Of a stretch of DNA of 64,000 nt, positions 47,309 through 58,048 are shown one piece after another. A program made the position numbers and the translations under genes. The stretch is from contig JBAZBY010000001.1 in NCBI GenBank assembly GCA_041671225.1, positions 302,940 to 366,939 on the forward strand. Reading direction: 5' to 3'. The notes under the pieces were generated by a model. The model saw only the letters and a program-made list of their open reading frames with translations, had not been told where the DNA came from and searched no databases. This DNA is from Patescibacteria group bacterium. GTDB lineage: Bacteria > Patescibacteriota > Patescibacteriia > JBAZBY01. Within the stretch, counting starts at the first letter, position 1. Every line of letters begins with the position of its first letter.

Positions 47309-47668
47309 ATGATTATAAGAGATAGCAGCAATCTGCAGGAATTCATCGGAGGTGATCAGACGATTTTGTGCGAGTTTTTCAATGCCAACACCGAAAAACT
47401 TCCGCTTCGCTATAGTCTTGCGCATGCCATTGTGAAGCCCGGCAATCGTTCTACGCGCCACCGCATGAAAACCTCGGAGGTGTATTACATACTTAGCGGA
47501 ACCGGGCGCATACACATTGATAATGAGGTAGCTGTTGTTCACGAAGGGCAGGCGGTGATCGTTCCTCCCAGGGCAACGCAATGGGTTGAGAATACCGGTA
47601 CGGATGATCTGGAATTCCTTTGCATCGTTGATCCCGCATGGAAGCAGGAGGATGAAGAGATTTTGTAG
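47309..47668 (+). CDS. Cupin domain protein
   Basis: HRMKTSEVYYILSGTG, VENTG. Confidence 0.9.
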   Translation: MIIRDSSNLQEFIGGDQTILCEFFNANTEKLPLRYSLAHAIVKPGNRSTRHRMKTSEVYYILSGTGRIHIDNEVAVVHEGQAVIVPPRATQWVENTGTDDLEFLCIVDPAWKQEDEEIL

Positions 47669-47756
47669 CTCTCCCGTCGGTACATCTTGCTTTTTTGAGG
47701 ATGTTGCGTATACTGAGCCGTGTTTCTTATGTGATTTTTTGAGACCCTTAAGGGGC

Positions 47757-47910
47757 CCCCGCAAACGGGGTGCGCAGGCCGAGTAGGCGCGAACGAGTGT
47801 AGCGAGTGAGCGCCGTGAAGCGAGGTCGAGCACACGTTTGTGGGGTAGAAGGAGAATGCGAGGTTGAGGGCGGAGTCCCGCTCGGCGGGACGAAGGCCGA
47901 AACTCGCATT
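47757..47910. repeat. Two stacked REP/MITE-like palindromic elements upstream of tRNA-Val
   Basis: CCCCGCAAACG...CGTTTGTGGGG (47757-47845) and AATGCGAG...CTCGCATT (about 47855-47910). Confidence 0.55.
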
Positions 47911-47916
47911 GGACGT

Positions 47917-47993
<77 letters not shown>

Positions 47994-47994
47994 G

Positions 47995-48031
47995 AAAAAC
48001 ACACGCCCCATGAGCAGGGGCGTTCTGTTTT
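47995..48031. terminator. Bidirectional terminator between convergent tRNAs
   Basis: AAAAAC..ACGCCCC-ATGAGCA-GGGGCGT..GTTTT. Confidence 0.65.
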
Positions 48032-48042
48032 GTAGTAGATCT

Positions 48043-48119
48043 TGGTCGGTCCGCCTGGACTCGAACCAGGAACCGGTCGGATATAAGCCGACTGCTCTAA
48101 CCGATTGAGCTACGGACCG
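48043..48119 (-). tRNA. tRNA-Ile(TAT)
   Basis: CGGTCCG acceptor; GTCGG-CT-TAT-AT-CCGAC anticodon arm; GGTTCGAGTCC; A-CCA. Confidence 0.93.
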
Positions 48120-48188
48120 TTTTTGTGCGCACCGAGCATAACAAAGACCGTCTTTGTGGGCAAGTCAGGGTCGCAGGCTCCGCGACGA

Positions 48189-49157
48189 CTAGAGTTTTGT
48201 ATTGCGCGATGCGGCTTCCTTTGAAGGTACCCAGCCGCGTTCAGCCATGAAGCGAGTGAGCTTTGAAAAGCTTTTCCCCTCAATGAGACGCAGAAATAAC
48301 AGCGTCCATGAGGAGAATTGGAATGTTGCGAGCAATGCGCCGATAAAGACAACAATATATGTGAGTATAAGGGTTCCGGTGAAGGTGAATGGAAGACCAA
48401 GGAACGAAAGTATGACAATAACAAGGAAACTAAGCACAAAATTTATAAGGAAGAGCAGGAGGGCCATTTCTAGACTTACGAGCCAGTTCTTGAAAAAGAG
48501 TTTCCATGCAGCTATGAATGCCTCACGTGCCTTCATGTCTTGAATGACAATAAAAGATGCGGCGAATTTTGTTATAAAAGAGAAGATAATACTTACGGGC
48601 ACGAGCATAATAAACGCAATCAAACTGAGCGTGACTGCGTAGCTGAGCGAGTTCGTGTTGAGAAAAAGTATTGCAAGCGGAATACCGGGAATGAGTATTA
48701 TGCCCCAAAGGATTATTTTTGCGTATACATTCACAATAAAGATGCGCCAGAAGTAATGGTGTCCATTCCAGAAGAGATCAAGGAAGTTTACGGACTTCTT
48801 TTTTTCGTGACGTGCTGCGGCAGATATAATTGCTGCCTGAGATACGGTAACAATCCAAATAATAAGGAGCAGTACAGCAAGAATGGCCAGCGCAAGTAAA
48901 AACGCTGTAAAGAGGTTTTCTGAGATGTATGAACTTATATTTTCCCAGCCAGTCGCAAGCGTGCCATTTTCTTTGAAGCCAGAGAGGCGTTCCAGATTTT
49001 TTTGCATGTCCCCAACGGTGTTGAGGTTGCGGGCGAGAATGTCGTATTCTTCGCCGTTTGCCGTGAAGGAAGCGAAGATACCAAAGAACCAAAGGTACTT
49101 GTACCTCAAGGTTATTTCGATTGCCTTATGTATTATGCTTCGATAGAAACCTTGCAT
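48189..49157 (-). CDS. Hypothetical multi-pass membrane protein
   Basis: 322 aa, about 6 TM, YKYLWFFGIFA N-terminal motif. Confidence 0.8.
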   Translation of the reverse strand: MQGFYRSIIHKAIEITLRYKYLWFFGIFASFTANGEEYDILARNLNTVGDMQKNLERLSGFKENGTLATGWENISSYISENLFTAFLLALAILAVLLLIIWIVTVSQAAIISAAARHEKKKSVNFLDLFWNGHHYFWRIFIVNVYAKIILWGIILIPGIPLAILFLNTNSLSYAVTLSLIAFIMLVPVSIIFSFITKFAASFIVIQDMKAREAFIAAWKLFFKNWLVSLEMALLLFLINFVLSFLVIVILSFLGLPFTFTGTLILTYIVVFIGALLATFQFSSWTLLFLRLIEGKSFSKLTRFMAERGWVPSKEAASRNTKL

Positions 49158-49207
49158 ACCCCCTATATAGTGACTTTAGTGTACCCAAACTGCACGTAAG
49201 CTGCAAC

Positions 49208-51088
49208 TCATGCCTTGGGCGGAGCACTGGTTGTGGTAGTGTCTTTTATGGTTGACTCTTTTTTTACTTCTGGTTCTTTCCCCTCAAATATGCCCTCAAA
49301 GGCTTCTTTTTCAAGTGTCTCGTGTTTGATAAGTGTATTGGCAATAGTGTCCAGCATTTTTCGCTGGCCGGTGATGACTTTTGTAGCCTGCATTTTTGCA
49401 TCATGAATGAGCGCATCTACTTCTGCATCAATTACCTGCGCAATTTTTTCTGAGTAGTTGCGCTGTTCGTGAATTTCTCTACCGAGGAAGACCATTTCCT
49501 CCGTATTGCCAAAGACGCGCGGACCGAGTTTTTCGCTCATACCAAATTGTGTGACAAGTTTACGCGCAAGTTTCGTGGCTTGCTGCAGATCGTTCGATGG
49601 CCCCGTGGTGATGTCACCAAATACTTCTTGTTCCGCAACCCAACCACCAAGCATAACAGCGAGTTCTGCTTTGAATTCTTTTTTCTGTTTGAGGCTCTTG
49701 TCTGATGTCGGAAGCTTCATGGTGTATCCGCCAGCCATGCCGCGGGAGATGATAGAAACTTTACGTACAGGGTCTGCGCCAGGCGTTTCATGTGCAACAA
49801 GCGCATGACCAGCCTCATGGTATGCCGTAATCTTTTTTTCTTCCTTGCTATAGTGGCGGCTTTTGCGTTCTGGTCCGAGGAGTACCTTTTCGATTGCCTC
49901 GAGCAATTCGGCTCGTTCGACGTGCTGTTTATTGCGGCGCGCAGTAAGAATGGCAGCTTCATTGAGGAGGTTTGAGAGATCTGCACCAGAGAAGCCCGGA
50001 GTACGCTCAGCAACTTCTTGCAGGTCATCAGTATTTGTGAGCGGCTTGCCCTTTGCGTGTACGTTAAGAATCTCGCGACGAGCATCAATATCAGGCATGT
50101 CGACGGTTACGCGGCGGTCAAAGCGTCCTGGCCGGAGCAAGGCAGGATCCAGAATATCTGGGCGGTTTGTTGCAGCAATGACAATAACGTTTGTGTCAGT
50201 ATCAAAACCATCCATCTCAACAAGAATTTGGTTTAGGGTTTGTTCGCGTTCGTCATGGCTTCCACCAAGACCAGCGCCCCGTTGCCGACCAACGGCATCA
50301 ATTTCATCGATAAAGATAATGCATGGTGCTGATTTTTTTGCTCGATTAAAGAGGTCACGAACACGACTCGCGCCAACACCGACGAACATCTCAACAAATT
50401 CAGAACCAGAGATACTAAAGAATGGCACGCTTGCTTCACCTGCAACTGCCTTTGCCATAAGCGTTTTTCCCGTTCCCGGTGCGCCAATAAGGAGCACGCC
50501 CTTTGGGATTCTGGCGCCAACAGCAGTGAACTTGCGGGGGTTCTTAAGAAAGTCCACAACTTCACGGAGTTCTTCTTTTGCTTCTTTTGCACCCGCAACA
50601 TCATGGAAGGTCGTATTTGGCCGTTTCACTTGCTGTTGATCCTTTGCCTTGCTTTGACCAAATGACATTGCTCGGTTGTTTTGCCCTTGTACCTGCCGGA
50701 AGATAAACCAGAAGATGAATGCAATAAAGAGGAATGGGAGACCAAACGAAAGTAACGGACCGACCCATGAAAGCGTGGTGGTATCCTTTACTTCAATAAT
50801 AACGCTGTTGAGCTGCTCTGGAGAGAGACCATAGGTAATGGCGAGCTCTGCAAACGAAACAATAGGTTCTTTGGTTGATTCTCGCTCTGTGCCGTCCTTG
50901 AGCGTGACAGTGAGCTTGTCGCCATCGACGAAGATTTTTTCAACTTCATTATTTGTAATATGTTCCATGACGTCATTGATCGGCACAACCTCTGGTTCTG
51001 CCAGTGGGGACGTGAAAAGCGACATCGCTCCCGCGATGACGAGGAAGAGAACAAGAAAGAGAATAGCGTTGCGGACGACTCTATTCAT
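49208..51088 (-). CDS. ftsH: ATP-dependent zinc metalloprotease FtsH
   Basis: 2 TM; [30 protein letters not shown]. Confidence 0.98.
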   Translation of the reverse strand: MNRVVRNAILFLVLFLVIAGAMSLFTSPLAEPEVVPINDVMEHITNNEVEKIFVDGDKLTVTLKDGTERESTKEPIVSFAELAITYGLSPEQLNSVIIEVKDTTTLSWVGPLLSFGLPFLFIAFIFWFIFRQVQGQNNRAMSFGQSKAKDQQQVKRPNTTFHDVAGAKEAKEELREVVDFLKNPRKFTAVGARIPKGVLLIGAPGTGKTLMAKAVAGEASVPFFSISGSEFVEMFVGVGASRVRDLFNRAKKSAPCIIFIDEIDAVGRQRGAGLGGSHDEREQTLNQILVEMDGFDTDTNVIVIAATNRPDILDPALLRPGRFDRRVTVDMPDIDARREILNVHAKGKPLTNTDDLQEVAERTPGFSGADLSNLLNEAAILTARRNKQHVERAELLEAIEKVLLGPERKSRHYSKEEKKITAYHEAGHALVAHETPGADPVRKVSIISRGMAGGYTMKLPTSDKSLKQKKEFKAELAVMLGGWVAEQEVFGDITTGPSNDLQQATKLARKLVTQFGMSEKLGPRVFGNTEEMVFLGREIHEQRNYSEKIAQVIDAEVDALIHDAKMQATKVITGQRKMLDTIANTLIKHETLEKEAFEGIFEGKEPEVKKESTIKDTTTTSAPPKA

Positions 51089-52340
51089 TTTCATCTGTGG
51101 GCTCCTTTTTTTCTTCACGCTTCGTTTCTTCTGCGTCATCTTTTTTAACCGGAGCATCTTCAGCCTTTACTTCTTCCGTGTCCTTTTTCGCCTTTGCAGC
51201 AGCCTTTGTGGCATTTTCAGGAGTATGTTCTGTTTCGCTGGACGGTTTCTCCTTCAGGGAGAGACCAAGACGGTGTTGCGCTGGTTCAATGGAGACGACA
51301 CGGAATTTTACTTCATCACCCTCTTTGAGTACCTCGCTGGGGTGGTGAATGATTTTGTCAGAAAGTTCAGAAATGTGCGCGAGTCCGTGAATATCTTTGT
51401 CGAGTTCAACAAACGCACCAAACGCATTGAGTTTCAGAACGGTACCCTTCACCTTTGAGCCGAGAGGGTATTGCTTCTCGACATCTTTCCAGGGGTCATC
51501 CATAAGACGCTTCATAGAAAGTGAGATCTTTGTACCTTCAATAGCAATGATCTGTGCCTTCACGGTCTGCCCAACATGCACAATATCACGCGGGTCTTCA
51601 ATGCGCTGCCACGCAAGTTCTGAGATATGAATGAGACCTTCAAGGTTTTCACCAAATTCGAAGAAGGCGCCAAAATGAACCACACCAGTGATTTTGCCTT
51701 CCACCACATCGCCAACTTTGTAGGTTTCAAGCATCTTCTTCTGCTCGTTTTCCCATGCGGCGCGTTCAGAAACGATCAGTTTTTCTTCTTGCTCATCGAG
51801 GTCGATAACGCGAACTTTGAATTCCTGGCCGATGAAGCTTTTCAGTTTTTCGAGGATCTTATTTTTGTCTCCGCCATCAACGCGCGGGTAATGTTCTGGA
51901 ATCAATTGTGAAACAGGAAGGAAGCCGTCAATGCGTCCAACACGAACCATGAGTCCGCCGCGGTTTGCGTCTGTAATTGGTGCGTCAATGACCTTTGCAT
52001 TTTTTTTGAGCTCTTCGAGGTTACTCCATGCTTTGAGGTGACCAGCGGCGCGGAAGGAAAGCTCCATAACTCCCTGCTCGTTTTCCATCTCCATCACCGT
52101 GGTAAAGACTTCATGCCCGACAGTGAGTTCTGAATATTCACCACTTTCATCAAAAAGTTCGTAGCCACGGACAATGCCGGTGGTAATACCGGCGACATCA
52201 ATCACTACTTCATTTTTCCCAATCGCAAGAACGCGCCCTGCAACCAGGTCGCCAACTTTTGGAAACTGGAATTCCGCCCCTTCTTTTTCGAGCAGCTCGC
52301 CCATTGCTGAGGATTGCTCGGCGGTCTTTGTGTCTGTCAT
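51081..52340 (-). CDS. rpsA: 30S ribosomal protein S1 (four S1 domains)
   Basis: ANRGGL, GFLPVSQL, FGAFFEF..EGLIHISEL, FGAFVEL..GLAHISEL. Confidence 0.9.
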   Translation of the reverse strand: MTDTKTAEQSSAMGELLEKEGAEFQFPKVGDLVAGRVLAIGKNEVVIDVAGITTGIVRGYELFDESGEYSELTVGHEVFTTVMEMENEQGVMELSFRAAGHLKAWSNLEELKKNAKVIDAPITDANRGGLMVRVGRIDGFLPVSQLIPEHYPRVDGGDKNKILEKLKSFIGQEFKVRVIDLDEQEEKLIVSERAAWENEQKKMLETYKVGDVVEGKITGVVHFGAFFEFGENLEGLIHISELAWQRIEDPRDIVHVGQTVKAQIIAIEGTKISLSMKRLMDDPWKDVEKQYPLGSKVKGTVLKLNAFGAFVELDKDIHGLAHISELSDKIIHHPSEVLKEGDEVKFRVVSIEPAQHRLGLSLKEKPSSETEHTPENATKAAAKAKKDTEEVKAEDAPVKKDDAEETKREEKKEPTDENE

Positions 52341-52552
52341 GTAAGAATAGAGAACTATTATCCCTCCTTGGCTTGCCAAGGAAAGACCTGCCGGTGCTTT
52401 TTACCCTTTATATATAGGGTCAGCCGACTGGTTAAGAATTTAAGCCATTTGAGTATAGGGAAGGGTCCTAAAAATTGCAACCCCAGCACCACTATGATGA
52501 TGTGCTGGGAAGATCCTGCGGGTAAACGCGTATTCTGGTAAGATATGAGTAT

Positions 52553-53500
52553 ATGGCACTTCGTGAACGATTAACTCCACAACGCCGGCCGACTTATTCA
52601 AGTCGGGTGAATATTAAGGATGTGAAGGCACTCGCTGAGCGTTCCGTGAAGCATCTTTACGGGAATCGGAAGCTGACAAATGAGGAGTGGCGTCAGTATG
52701 TTCGCGAGAATCCAGAGCTGCAGTCGGAGGTATTTAGGAGGATTGGCTTGGGGCATAATTATGGCAGTGGGACCATAGAGGGCGCTCGCGCGAAGCGTAT
52801 TATAAAAGTGATCGGGGAGACCGTGCGGAATTCGCAAAAGACAGCCGTAGCTTCCCGTGCAAAGAAAGATCTTTTTCAGGCAAAGAAGCTTGAGCAACAA
52901 GCCGCACACATAGAGCAAGAGGCACAACAGATGGAAGCCCCTACGATGGCAGCAAGGAAGCTACGTGAAGCAGAGAAGCTACAAAGTGAAGCAGCGGAAT
53001 TACACAGTGCCGCAGAGCAAGAACAAGCAAAAATGAAAGTACGCATGTCCCTTGAGGCGAGGGAGGAGACTTTTAAAAAACCAAAAGCGACGCTTTCATC
53101 ACTCAGAAAGATGCGCGTTAATGAACTCACGCCAAAAGGACCTTCAAAAGCAGACATCGCACAAAAAGAAAACACACTCGCGTTGCGGCGGCGCATGCGT
53201 TTGTATGATAATACAAGAGATGCTATCTATGCACGCTTTGGCAAGAAGGGCGGCGGCGTAACCTCTATTAATGACAACGACAACGAAATTGTTGATTTTC
53301 ATAAAGAAGCAAGGACGACAAGTACAGATTACCAATCCATCCCAACATCTGTTTCTGAGGTGGCAAAAAACGCGCATGCGCCTTTGGCGTCTGCTTCTGA
53401 GGTGCAGAAAGAAGTTGCAGAAGACGCTCCAAATCCAGGAGTGGGCGGAGAGAATGAGGATGAAAATACTCTTGATGACGACCTGCCATTGGCAGCGTAA
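52553..53500 (+). CDS. Hypothetical coiled-coil protein ending in an ssrA-like ...DDDLPLAA tail
   Basis: A 315-aa ORF filling the intergenic space, preceded by an extended -10 (TGGTAAGAT). Confidence 0.7.
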   Translation: MALRERLTPQRRPTYSSRVNIKDVKALAERSVKHLYGNRKLTNEEWRQYVRENPELQSEVFRRIGLGHNYGSGTIEGARAKRIIKVIGETVRNSQKTAVASRAKKDLFQAKKLEQQAAHIEQEAQQMEAPTMAARKLREAEKLQSEAAELHSAAEQEQAKMKVRMSLEAREETFKKPKATLSSLRKMRVNELTPKGPSKADIAQKENTLALRRRMRLYDNTRDAIYARFGKKGGGVTSINDNDNEIVDFHKEARTTSTDYQSIPTSVSEVAKNAHAPLASASEVQKEVAEDAPNPGVGGENEDENTLDDDLPLAA

Positions 53501-53589
53501 ATGCGCTTGAAAAGCAGGGCGTAACATGGTACGATGCGTAGTGCAATCGGGGGCTTTGTGGTTGCTTGAATACCCCATTTTTACACGGT

Positions 53590-54219
53590 ATGTACATCAC
53601 CTGGCACGGCCAGTCTGCAATAAAAATTCAAACAGAAACCGGCACGGTTTTTATCGATCCGCAGAATAGTGCGTCAGGAATCAAACCAACACGCATCACA
53701 ACGGATTTGCTTCTTATTGGCGATCCTGATGCGCCAAAAGGGGGTAATGCTGAGACGACTTTTGTCGTTGATCACCCAGGGGAATATGAATCCAAGGGTG
53801 TTTTTGTCTACAGTGTAGAAACAACACCGGAACAGATGGTGAGCGGGAAGCGCGGTATGATTTTTCTTGTACAAGCAGAGGATCTCCGCGTTGCGCATCT
53901 TGGTTTTTTGAAGGCACCGCTGACCGATGTTCAGAAAGAACTTTTAGATGAGGCAGACGTTCTGATCATTCCCGTCGGTGGCAATGCCGTTTGTACGCCA
54001 AAACTTGCTGCGGACATTGTGAGTGAAATGGAACCCCGCATTATTCTTCCCATCCATTATAAAATTGCAGGCAGCAAAGAGAAGTTGGATGATGTGCAGC
54101 CCTTCTTGAAGGAGATCGGGGTAAAGGAAGAGCGCATGGAGAAGTTACGTATTAAGAAAAAAGATTTGCCGCAAGAAGATGCGCAACTCGTTCTTTTGGA
54201 TGTTTATGGCAAGCATTGA
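53590..54219 (+). CDS. Metallo-beta-lactamase-fold protein lacking HxHxDH
   Basis: ITWHGQSAIKI, IDP, PGEYE, DVLIIPVGG, EPRIILPIHY. Confidence 0.8.
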   Translation: MYITWHGQSAIKIQTETGTVFIDPQNSASGIKPTRITTDLLLIGDPDAPKGGNAETTFVVDHPGEYESKGVFVYSVETTPEQMVSGKRGMIFLVQAEDLRVAHLGFLKAPLTDVQKELLDEADVLIIPVGGNAVCTPKLAADIVSEMEPRIILPIHYKIAGSKEKLDDVQPFLKEIGVKEERMEKLRIKKKDLPQEDAQLVLLDVYGKH

Positions 54220-54643
54220 TGGCATTCAGCGACCCGCGGATAGCGAGGTTCGCCTTGGCAAAGCCGGGCGACCAGTGCGGCGCCGCGTGGCTCCAAAGCA
54301 ACCAGTAGCCAAAAAGGTACGCACACAAAAAACAGCGCCAACACGTGAACCGCAGTATACCGAAATAAAAGTACAGCAGCGCAAGCAGACACTTTATATT
54401 TTTGTTGCCGTTGCATTTCTTGGCGTTATTGGTCTCTGGTATCTCGGCGTACAGCGTACGTTTTCAGAGAGCGGTACTGATGGCGGCTTCTTCAGTGGCA
54501 TTATCGCGCAGATTCAGAATGTCTTTTCTGGTGTTGGTGAAGATTTGAAAGACATAACGGTAAACGCAGACACAATAACCAATAGTGAAGTAGAGCGTTT
54601 GGAAGCGGAAGTGTTTCCTGACATCCCCACGTTGAACGATTAG
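54206..54643 (+). CDS. Hypothetical single-TM protein
   Basis: Basic N-terminus, one TM, acidic C-terminus; coupled to its neighbours. Confidence 0.7.
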   Translation: MASIDGIQRPADSEVRLGKAGRPVRRRVAPKQPVAKKVRTQKTAPTREPQYTEIKVQQRKQTLYIFVAVAFLGVIGLWYLGVQRTFSESGTDGGFFSGIIAQIQNVFSGVGEDLKDITVNADTITNSEVERLEAEVFPDIPTLND

Positions 54644-54646
54644 TAT

Positions 54647-57235
54647 ATGGCAAAGAAAAAAGTTTTAGCAAAAAAATCCAGCAAGCCAGCACCAAAGCAA
54701 TCACCACAACCTCAGCAGGAGGAAGAGCAGCAGCTGGTTGCGAAGGCAAAAGATAGCGCCATTGGCGTTATTGAGCCACGACGCATTGTTGAAGAAATGC
54801 AGGAGTCATACTTGGACTATGCCATGTCTGTCATTGTTTCGCGCGCGCTTCCGGATGTTCGTGACGGCTTGAAACCAGTGCACCGTCGCGTGCTCTATGC
54901 AATGTGGTCTCTTGGTCTGCGTTCAGGTGCAAAGTTCCGAAAATCCGCGACCGTCGTTGGAGAAGTGCTTGGTAAATATCATCCCCACAGTGATACGGCG
55001 GTATATGACACGCTTGTGCGTCTTGCACAGGATTTTTCACTGCGCTATCCATTGGTGAACGGCCAGGGAAACTTTGGGTCCATTGATGGTGATACCGCTG
55101 CCGCAATGCGGTATACAGAATCCAAACTGCAACGCATTGCAGACGAGATCCTTTTTGATATTGAGAAAGAGACCGTTCCCTTTGTGCCAAACTATGACGG
55201 CGCGCATAAAGAGCCGACGGTCTTCCCTGCAAAACTTCCAAACCTGCTGCTTAATGGTTCCACGGGTATTGCCGTTGGTATGGCAACGAATATCCCGCCG
55301 CACAACCTTAATGAAGTAGTGGATGGCACAATACACCTTATTGACCATCCAACTGCGACCGTTGAGGATCTTATGGAATTTGTGAAGGGTCCGGACTTCC
55401 CAACGGGGGGTGCTATCTTTGACCGCAAAGAAATTGCACAGGCTTACGGCACGGGTAAGGGTTCTATTGTGACCCGCGGGAAGGCTGAAATTGTTGAGAA
55501 GAAGGACGGTCAGTTCCAGATCATCATTTCCGAGATCCCATACATGGTGAACAAGTCTCGTTTGATCGAGAAGATGGCTGACTTGGTTCGCGAGAAACGC
55601 TTAGAGGGTATTCGGGACATTCGCGATGGCTCTGACCGCAATGGCATTCACGTGGTGATCGATTTGAAGAAGGATAGTTATCCAAAGAAGGTTTTGAATC
55701 GTCTGTATCAGACCACGCAGCTGCAAGAAACATTCCACGTGAATATGCTCGCGTTGGTTGATGGCATTCAGCCGCGTATTTTGAACCTCAAGATGATTCT
55801 TGAGGAATATATTAAGCATCGTGAGGATGTTGTTCGGAAGCGCACGGCGTATGATCTTGGCGTGGCCAAAGAACGCGCCCACATTCTTGAAGGTCTGAAG
55901 AAGGCACTGGATAATATTGACGCGGTTATCAAGCTTATTAAGGCGTCGAAGGATAAAGAGGTTGCGAAGGTGGCGCTGATGAAGCGGTTCAAGTTTTCTG
56001 AACGGCAGACCATTGCTATTCTTGAAATGCGCCTTCAACAGCTCGCAAACCTTGAGCGAAAGAAGATCGAAGATGAATTGAAAGAAAAGAAGATACTTAT
56101 CAAAGAACTGGAAACACTCCTCGCATCACGCAAGATGATCTTGAATGTTATTAAAGATGAACTGAAGGAGTTAAAGGAGAAGCACGGCGACGAGCGCCGC
56201 ACGGAAGTATTTGTGAATCCTATTGGCAAGTTCACCCAAGAAGATCTGATCCCGAACGAGCCGTGTGTCATCATTACTACCCGCGATGGTTATATCAAGC
56301 GCATGCCGGAGGACACCTTTAAGTCACAGGGCCGGGGCGGTAAGGGTGTTATTGGTCTTACAACAAAAGAGGAAGACCAAGTGGATCATATGTTTGCCGC
56401 GAATACGCATGCGGATTTGCTCTTCTTCACCACGCGCGGTCGTGTATTCCAACTCAAGGCATATGATGTGCCATTGGCAGGGCGCCAGGCAAAGGGGCAA
56501 GCATTGGTGAACTTCCTCCAGCTTACGGGAGAAGAAAAGGTAACGGTGATCCTCTCGCTTGAAGAAATGGAGCAGGCAAAGGATATTCAATTTTTTGTGA
56601 TGGTCACCAGCAAGGGGACCATCAAACGCGTGAAGCTCGAAGATTTTAAGAATGTACGCCGTTCCGGACTCATCGCTATCAAACTCAAAGACGGCGATTA
56701 TCTAAAATGGGTGAAGCCGTCAGGCGGGAAGGATCATATTCTTCTTGCCGCAACGAATGGTCAGTCGATTCGCTTCCCAGAAGGTCAAATCCGCGTGATG
56801 GGTCGCTCTGCTGCAGGAGTACGCGGCATTCGATTGAAAGATTCTGCATCTGTTGCGGGCATGGCGATCATTGCTGGAGGAAAAACAGAACAAGGAGAAC
56901 AACTGCTCGTCATTATGGATAATGGATACGGCAAGCGCACGCCGCTCGCGCAGTATCGTGTGCAGGGTCGCGGTGGTTCTGGTATTAAAGCGGCGAATGT
57001 CAGTACGAAGACAGGCTCTATCACCTCTGCTTTTACAGTGAATGCAAAGCGAGCGGGTGAGGATATCATCGTCATCTCAGATAAAGGCCAGGTCATCCGT
57101 ATGCCGCTGAAGAGCGTTTCTGTGCTGGGTCGTGCCACACAGGGCGTGCGTATTATGCGTTTTAGTGAAGCAAAAGACTCAGTTTCGAGCGTGACCTTTG
57201 TGGAAGCGGTCGTTTCTGAGAGTTCTGCAAGCTAG
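54647..57235 (+). CDS. gyrA: DNA gyrase subunit A
   Basis: [23 protein letters not shown] and GyrA-box QGRGGKG. Confidence 0.98.
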   Translation: MAKKKVLAKKSSKPAPKQSPQPQQEEEQQLVAKAKDSAIGVIEPRRIVEEMQESYLDYAMSVIVSRALPDVRDGLKPVHRRVLYAMWSLGLRSGAKFRKSATVVGEVLGKYHPHSDTAVYDTLVRLAQDFSLRYPLVNGQGNFGSIDGDTAAAMRYTESKLQRIADEILFDIEKETVPFVPNYDGAHKEPTVFPAKLPNLLLNGSTGIAVGMATNIPPHNLNEVVDGTIHLIDHPTATVEDLMEFVKGPDFPTGGAIFDRKEIAQAYGTGKGSIVTRGKAEIVEKKDGQFQIIISEIPYMVNKSRLIEKMADLVREKRLEGIRDIRDGSDRNGIHVVIDLKKDSYPKKVLNRLYQTTQLQETFHVNMLALVDGIQPRILNLKMILEEYIKHREDVVRKRTAYDLGVAKERAHILEGLKKALDNIDAVIKLIKASKDKEVAKVALMKRFKFSERQTIAILEMRLQQLANLERKKIEDELKEKKILIKELETLLASRKMILNVIKDELKELKEKHGDERRTEVFVNPIGKFTQEDLIPNEPCVIITTRDGYIKRMPEDTFKSQGRGGKGVIGLTTKEEDQVDHMFAANTHADLLFFTTRGRVFQLKAYDVPLAGRQAKGQALVNFLQLTGEEKVTVILSLEEMEQAKDIQFFVMVTSKGTIKRVKLEDFKNVRRSGLIAIKLKDGDYLKWVKPSGGKDHILLAATNGQSIRFPEGQIRVMGRSAAGVRGIRLKDSASVAGMAIIAGGKTEQGEQLLVIMDNGYGKRTPLAQYRVQGRGGSGIKAANVSTKTGSITSAFTVNAKRAGEDIIVISDKGQVIRMPLKSVSVLGRATQGVRIMRFSEAKDSVSSVTFVEAVVSESSAS

Positions 57236-57288
57236 GCCTTGCAAAACAAAGCCTTTTCCCGTACACTGCCCGTTGCATTTGAAAAGCT

Positions 57289-57504
57289 ATGAGTGTTCCA
57301 AAAAAGCGACAATCAAAATCAAGGACAGCTCGCCGCCGCAATAATATTCGGGCTAGCCGTGTGCAGCTTGTGGCGTGCACACATTGCCAGCAGCCTCGGG
57401 CGCCACACCGCGTTTGTACGAATTGCGGGTATTACCGTGGCCGTAAGGTTGTTGATGTGAGTAAGCGCGCAAAACGCATCAAGAAACCGGGCGAAGAGTC
57501 ATAA
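57289..57504 (+). CDS. rpmF: 50S ribosomal protein L32
   Basis: MSVPKKRQSKSR, CTHC...PHRVCTNCGYYRG. Confidence 0.96.
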   Translation: MSVPKKRQSKSRTARRRNNIRASRVQLVACTHCQQPRAPHRVCTNCGYYRGRKVVDVSKRAKRIKKPGEES

Positions 57505-57522
57505 CCCAACGTACGCTTCACC

Positions 57523-57978
57523 ATGTCCAATCGTCACCTCGCGCGAACCATTGCCATGCAGACCCTCTTTGAATGGGACTTCCGTGGTCAGCACGAGGAC
57601 GCAAGAGCAATGACCCAGGCCAACCTGGATGATTTTGCACCGGATTTTACCGACGCGCCGTTCACCCTTGGTCTTATTGATGGCGTTCTTGAACATCAAA
57701 AGGATATCGATACGACCATCACGAAATACGCACCGGAATGGCCGTTGGATCAGATCACGATTGTTGATCGTAATATCCTCCGTATCGGAGTGTTTGAACT
57801 CAAATTTAATGCTGACATTCCTCCAAAGGTTGCCATCAATGAAGCCATTGAACTTGCCAAGTCATTTGGCGGGGAATCATCAGGTAAGTTCGTGAATGGC
57901 GTTCTTGGTGCCATTTTCCGTGACATGCAAGAAGATGCCGAGGGCGTTCCTGCACAAGCTCCTTCCAAGCAAGAATAA
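57523..57978 (+). CDS. nusB: Transcription antitermination factor NusB
   Basis: RHLARTIAMQTLF, VDRNILR, VAINEAIELAK, FVNGVLG. Confidence 0.97.
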   Translation: MSNRHLARTIAMQTLFEWDFRGQHEDARAMTQANLDDFAPDFTDAPFTLGLIDGVLEHQKDIDTTITKYAPEWPLDQITIVDRNILRIGVFELKFNADIPPKVAINEAIELAKSFGGESSGKFVNGVLGAIFRDMQEDAEGVPAQAPSKQE

Positions 57979-58048
57979 TTAAACTTTCCGCGCGCGCGAC
58001 GAATCCGTGTGAATACTCGCACTGATCCGTTGCAAGCGTGGCATATAT

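Noticed and set aside
49863-50639. 258-aa antisense ORF, and similar shadow ORFs opposite dnaN, valS, murJ, pepA and smc
   Set aside because: They lie fully antisense to well-conserved genes and have no recognisable motifs; typical codon-bias shadows.
53380-53560. tmRNA gene (because of the ...LPLAA-stop peptide)
   Set aside because: The tag-like sequence is the end of a 315-aa ORF; no tRNA-like GGGG 5' end or T-arm/CCA 3' end flanks it.
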